Assembly: GCA_018238625.1 (NCBI GenBank)
Contig: JABCSY010000051.1
Span: forward strand, 1 to 29,206
Origin: Promethearchaeota archaeon
Lineage (GTDB): Archaea; Asgardarchaeota; Lokiarchaeia; Sigyniarchaeales; SOKP01
Direction: 5' to 3'
Length of the DNA: 29,206 nucleotides
Part shown: one piece after another, positions 26,553 through 29,206 of the stretch
Layout of the letters: each line of letters opens with the position of its first letter
Numbering within the stretch: the first letter of the stretch is position 1
Notes under the pieces: model-generated
The model's database searches: none
What the model was told of the DNA's origin: nothing
What the model saw: only the letters and a program-made list of their open reading frames with translations
Made by a program: the position numbers and the translations under genes

Positions 26553-29206
26553 TTATTTAATAACTATTGCAGGTCGACCTGGTAGCGATTGAGGTGCTTT
26601 TTTTTCTTTTGAGTCGCTCTCTAAAACGATGTTTATCGGGCAGTTGAATTTTTTGTTAATTATTGGTATCATCTCTTCAAAGAATTGATACTCTTCTTCA
26701 CTGGAAAGTGTATATTTTGGATATTTACCAATATTTTTTAATATTTTTGCCGTTGTTTGATTAATGAATTTAGCGTAAGTTTTAAACTCGTCGTGTTGCA
26801 TTATCTGTTTCATGATTTCTCCTTGATTTTTTGACTTTTCTATTAAACTCATTAAAAGCGAATAGAATTTGAATTTCCACGAAGCAGCAATTATTATGTT
26901 AATGTGTTCTAACTTATCTTTTTTGGTTGCTAATTTAATGCTGTTAATATCGTCTATAGTATTGTCCATAAGTTTCCATTTAAATTCGTTTTCGACAGTT
27001 AATAAAGAACCGTTATACGATGGCCAATTGGCTAAACTGATAAATTCTTTTTTTCCCAAAAGCTCCCAAATCTCTTCTGTTGTATGTGGGGCAATAGGGT
27101 GGAAAAGTAATGCCAATTTTTCTCGACACTCGTTGAAAATTTCTTTTAATCCACCTTCGTCCTTATATTTTGTTAAATCCGAAAAAAATAGAATAATATG
27201 ATTTATAACATCACGAATGGCAAGTTTCTCGTAGCTTTCCGTAACTTTTTTTATAGTTTTATTCAAATTGTATGTTATTAATTCGTCCCTAATGGACCTC
27301 TTTATTCGCACTTTTTCGATTGGTTCTCTTAGCAAGTGAAAAAAATTCCTCATAAATTTGTAAGCGAAATCTACTCCTTCGTCAGACCATTCTAACCCTG
27401 ATTTTGGACTAGCCCCAAATAAAATAAAGAATCTCGCTGCATCGGCTCCATATTTATTCATAATTCCAATTGGTTCTACAGTATTCCCAAGACTCTTGCT
27501 CATTTTAACGCTTTTCAAAATATATTCAGTTCCACATCGTTTACATTTTTTATCGTGCATTTCTGCTTTCTTTGCGAATGTTTCGCATTCAAGGCAGAAA
27601 GGATGGGCTTTATTTATCATTCCTTGTGTTAATAACTTTTGAAATGGTTCGTCACACGAATGAAGTCCAAGATCTCGAGCTACTTTAGTGAAAAACCTTG
27701 CATATAATAAATGAAGCACAGAATGTTCAACGCCTCCAATATATTGATCAACATTCATCCAATAGTCTGCTATATCTTTTCTATATGGTAGTTTCTTCTC
27801 ATCAGGATCGCAATACCTGAAGAAATACCACGAACTATCTACAAAAGTATCCATTGTATCTGTTTCTCTTTTAGATGGTTTTCCACATTTTGGGCATTGG
27901 ACTTTGACAAAACTTACACTTGTTTTAAGAGGATTTCCTTTACCTGCGAACTTTACGTCTTTAGGTAGCTCCACAGGTAAGTCTTCGTAAGGTACGGGAA
28001 CGATTCCACAAGTATCACAATAAATAATTGGAATAGGACAGCCCCAATAGCGTTGTCTGGAAATTAACCAATCTCTTAATTTATAATTGATTGTATCTTC
28101 CCCCATTTTCATTGTTTCTAGCTTATTTGTAATTGATTTTATGGCAGAGCGGTTTTCCATACCGTTAAACTCGTCTGAATTAACTAAAGTTCCATCGCCT
28201 TCATATGCTCTAATCATTTTTTTTTCATGTATTTCATAATCAAACGGCTGAATAACTATTTTTATTGGTAGATTATATTTCACAGCAAATTGGAAGTCTC
28301 GGGAATCATGCGCAGGAACAGACATTACAGCTCCAGCACCATACTCGTAAACAACAAAATTCGAGATATAAACAGGGATTTCTTCTTTGGTCAATGGATT
28401 GACACAATATTTTCCAATAAACATTCCCTTTTTCTCGACATCAATGTCAGTCCTCTCAAATGTATTTTGATGCATTACTTCTTGATAGAATTTTTCGTAT
28501 TCTTTTCCATATTCAGTTCCTTTTACCCATTCACGAACCCATGGATGTTCTGGGGCAAAAACCATAAAAGTAACTCCAAATAATGTATCAGGCCTAGTAG
28601 TAAAGATATCAACGGTACGCTCTTCCCCAACTATAGGAAATCGAATCATAGTACCCTCAGATTTCGAAATCCAATTTCGCTGCATTATCTTTACTTTTTC
28701 TGGCCAATCTACGGTATTCAAACCATCTAAAAGTTCTTCAGCATATTCCCGTATTTTTAAGTACCATTGAGTAAGAAACTTTTGATCAACATCAGAGCTA
28801 CATCTCCAGCATTTGCCATTTAGTACTTGTTCATTAGCTAATACTGTTGTACATTGAGCACACCAGTTTACATAGGACTCTTGTCTATAGGCTAGCCCCA
28901 TTTCATACATTTGAAGAAAGAAGAACTGATCCCATTTATAATAGCTAGGATCGTGGCTAAAAATCATTCGCGTCCAATCATAAGACAAACCGATTCTTTT
29001 TTGTTGTTTTTGTATAGCCTGAATATTCGAATTCGTCCATTCTTCCGGATAAGCACCGTGGTCGATTGCCGCGTTTTCTGCGGGGAGTCCAAAGCTCTTA
29101 TGGTATTTCTCTTATTGGGAAACACAGTCATAGCCCATTGGATATAGTACATTATACCCGCTCATTCGTTTATATCGCGCAAATGAATCACCAATTGAAT
29201 AGTTCC
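26553..29206 (-). CDS. leuS: Leucyl-tRNA synthetase (bacterial-type core, archaeal-type C-terminus); 5' end beyond window; join(26553..29096, 29127..>29206)
   Basis: The ORF-track frame continues upstream: [26 protein letters not shown][30-nt insert][14 protein letters not shown]...IGLSYDWTR. Also [44 protein letters not shown] and KMSKS. Confidence 0.96.
29097..29126 (-). other. Predicted BHB-type mRNA intron in leuS (30 nt, in-frame TAA at 29112-29114)
   Basis: GGGC|TATG|ACT|GTGTTTC-CCAATAAGA-GAAATAC|CATA|AGA|GCTT forms helix, 4-bp helix, two 3-nt bulges and a 7-bp inner helix. Canonical cuts join TAT GAC to AGC TTT GGA. Confidence 0.9.

Noticed and set aside
29112-29114. leuS as nonsense pseudogene, or stop-codon readthrough
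   Set aside because: The stop lies within an insert relative to the conserved motif, the rest of the gene is intact, and the insert ends coincide with BHB cut sites. Readthrough would leave 10 extra residues in the motif.
1635-29147. Short ORF-track entries antisense to or nested in long genes (e.g. 1635, 2514, 4207, 5505, 8084, 8851, 10916, 14411, 15532, 18014, 19335, 22511, 26869, 28290, 28911)
   Set aside because: They overlap well-supported genes and show no motifs; shadow ORFs.
28964-29152. ORF-track 62-aa minus ORF as a separate gene or frameshifted leuS N-terminus
   Set aside because: Wrong frame. True LeuRS sequence continues in the same frame as 26553..28988 on both sides of the 30-nt insert, so no frameshift is needed.
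1-29206. Mobile elements, CRISPR arrays, rRNA
   Set aside because: No transposase, integrase, terminal repeats, repeat-spacer arrays or rRNA-like sequence seen by eye.

Overview
AT-rich archaeal chromosomal segment, almost certainly from an Asgard archaeon (Lokiarchaeia-like). The evidence is several eukaryotic-signature genes (ribophorin I/OST1, gelsolin, two Bet3/TRAPP-like V4R proteins, roadblock, a longin-like protein) mixed with archaeal housekeeping genes (Sec61beta, aglH/GPT, long Trm112, type II MetAP, HdrC). The most striking signal is at the right edge. The leucyl-tRNA synthetase gene is interrupted inside its conserved PMG(W/Y)D(A/S)FGLPAENAA motif by a 30-nt insert that carries an in-frame TAA. 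The insert folds into a textbook bulge-helix-bulge (BHB), and cutting at the canonical endonuclease sites restores the motif exactly. This predicts an mRNA intron spliced by the tRNA-splicing machinery in an essential gene. The window also has a tRNA-Gln(UUG) with a 29-nt BHB intron at non-canonical position 59/60 and an unusual C33. Other features missed by the ORF track are a 5' portion of an ABC substrate-binding gene, a degenerate LRR remnant, and a 9-codon micro-ORF with an SD-like site and hairpin. All calls come from manual motif reading; no searches were run.
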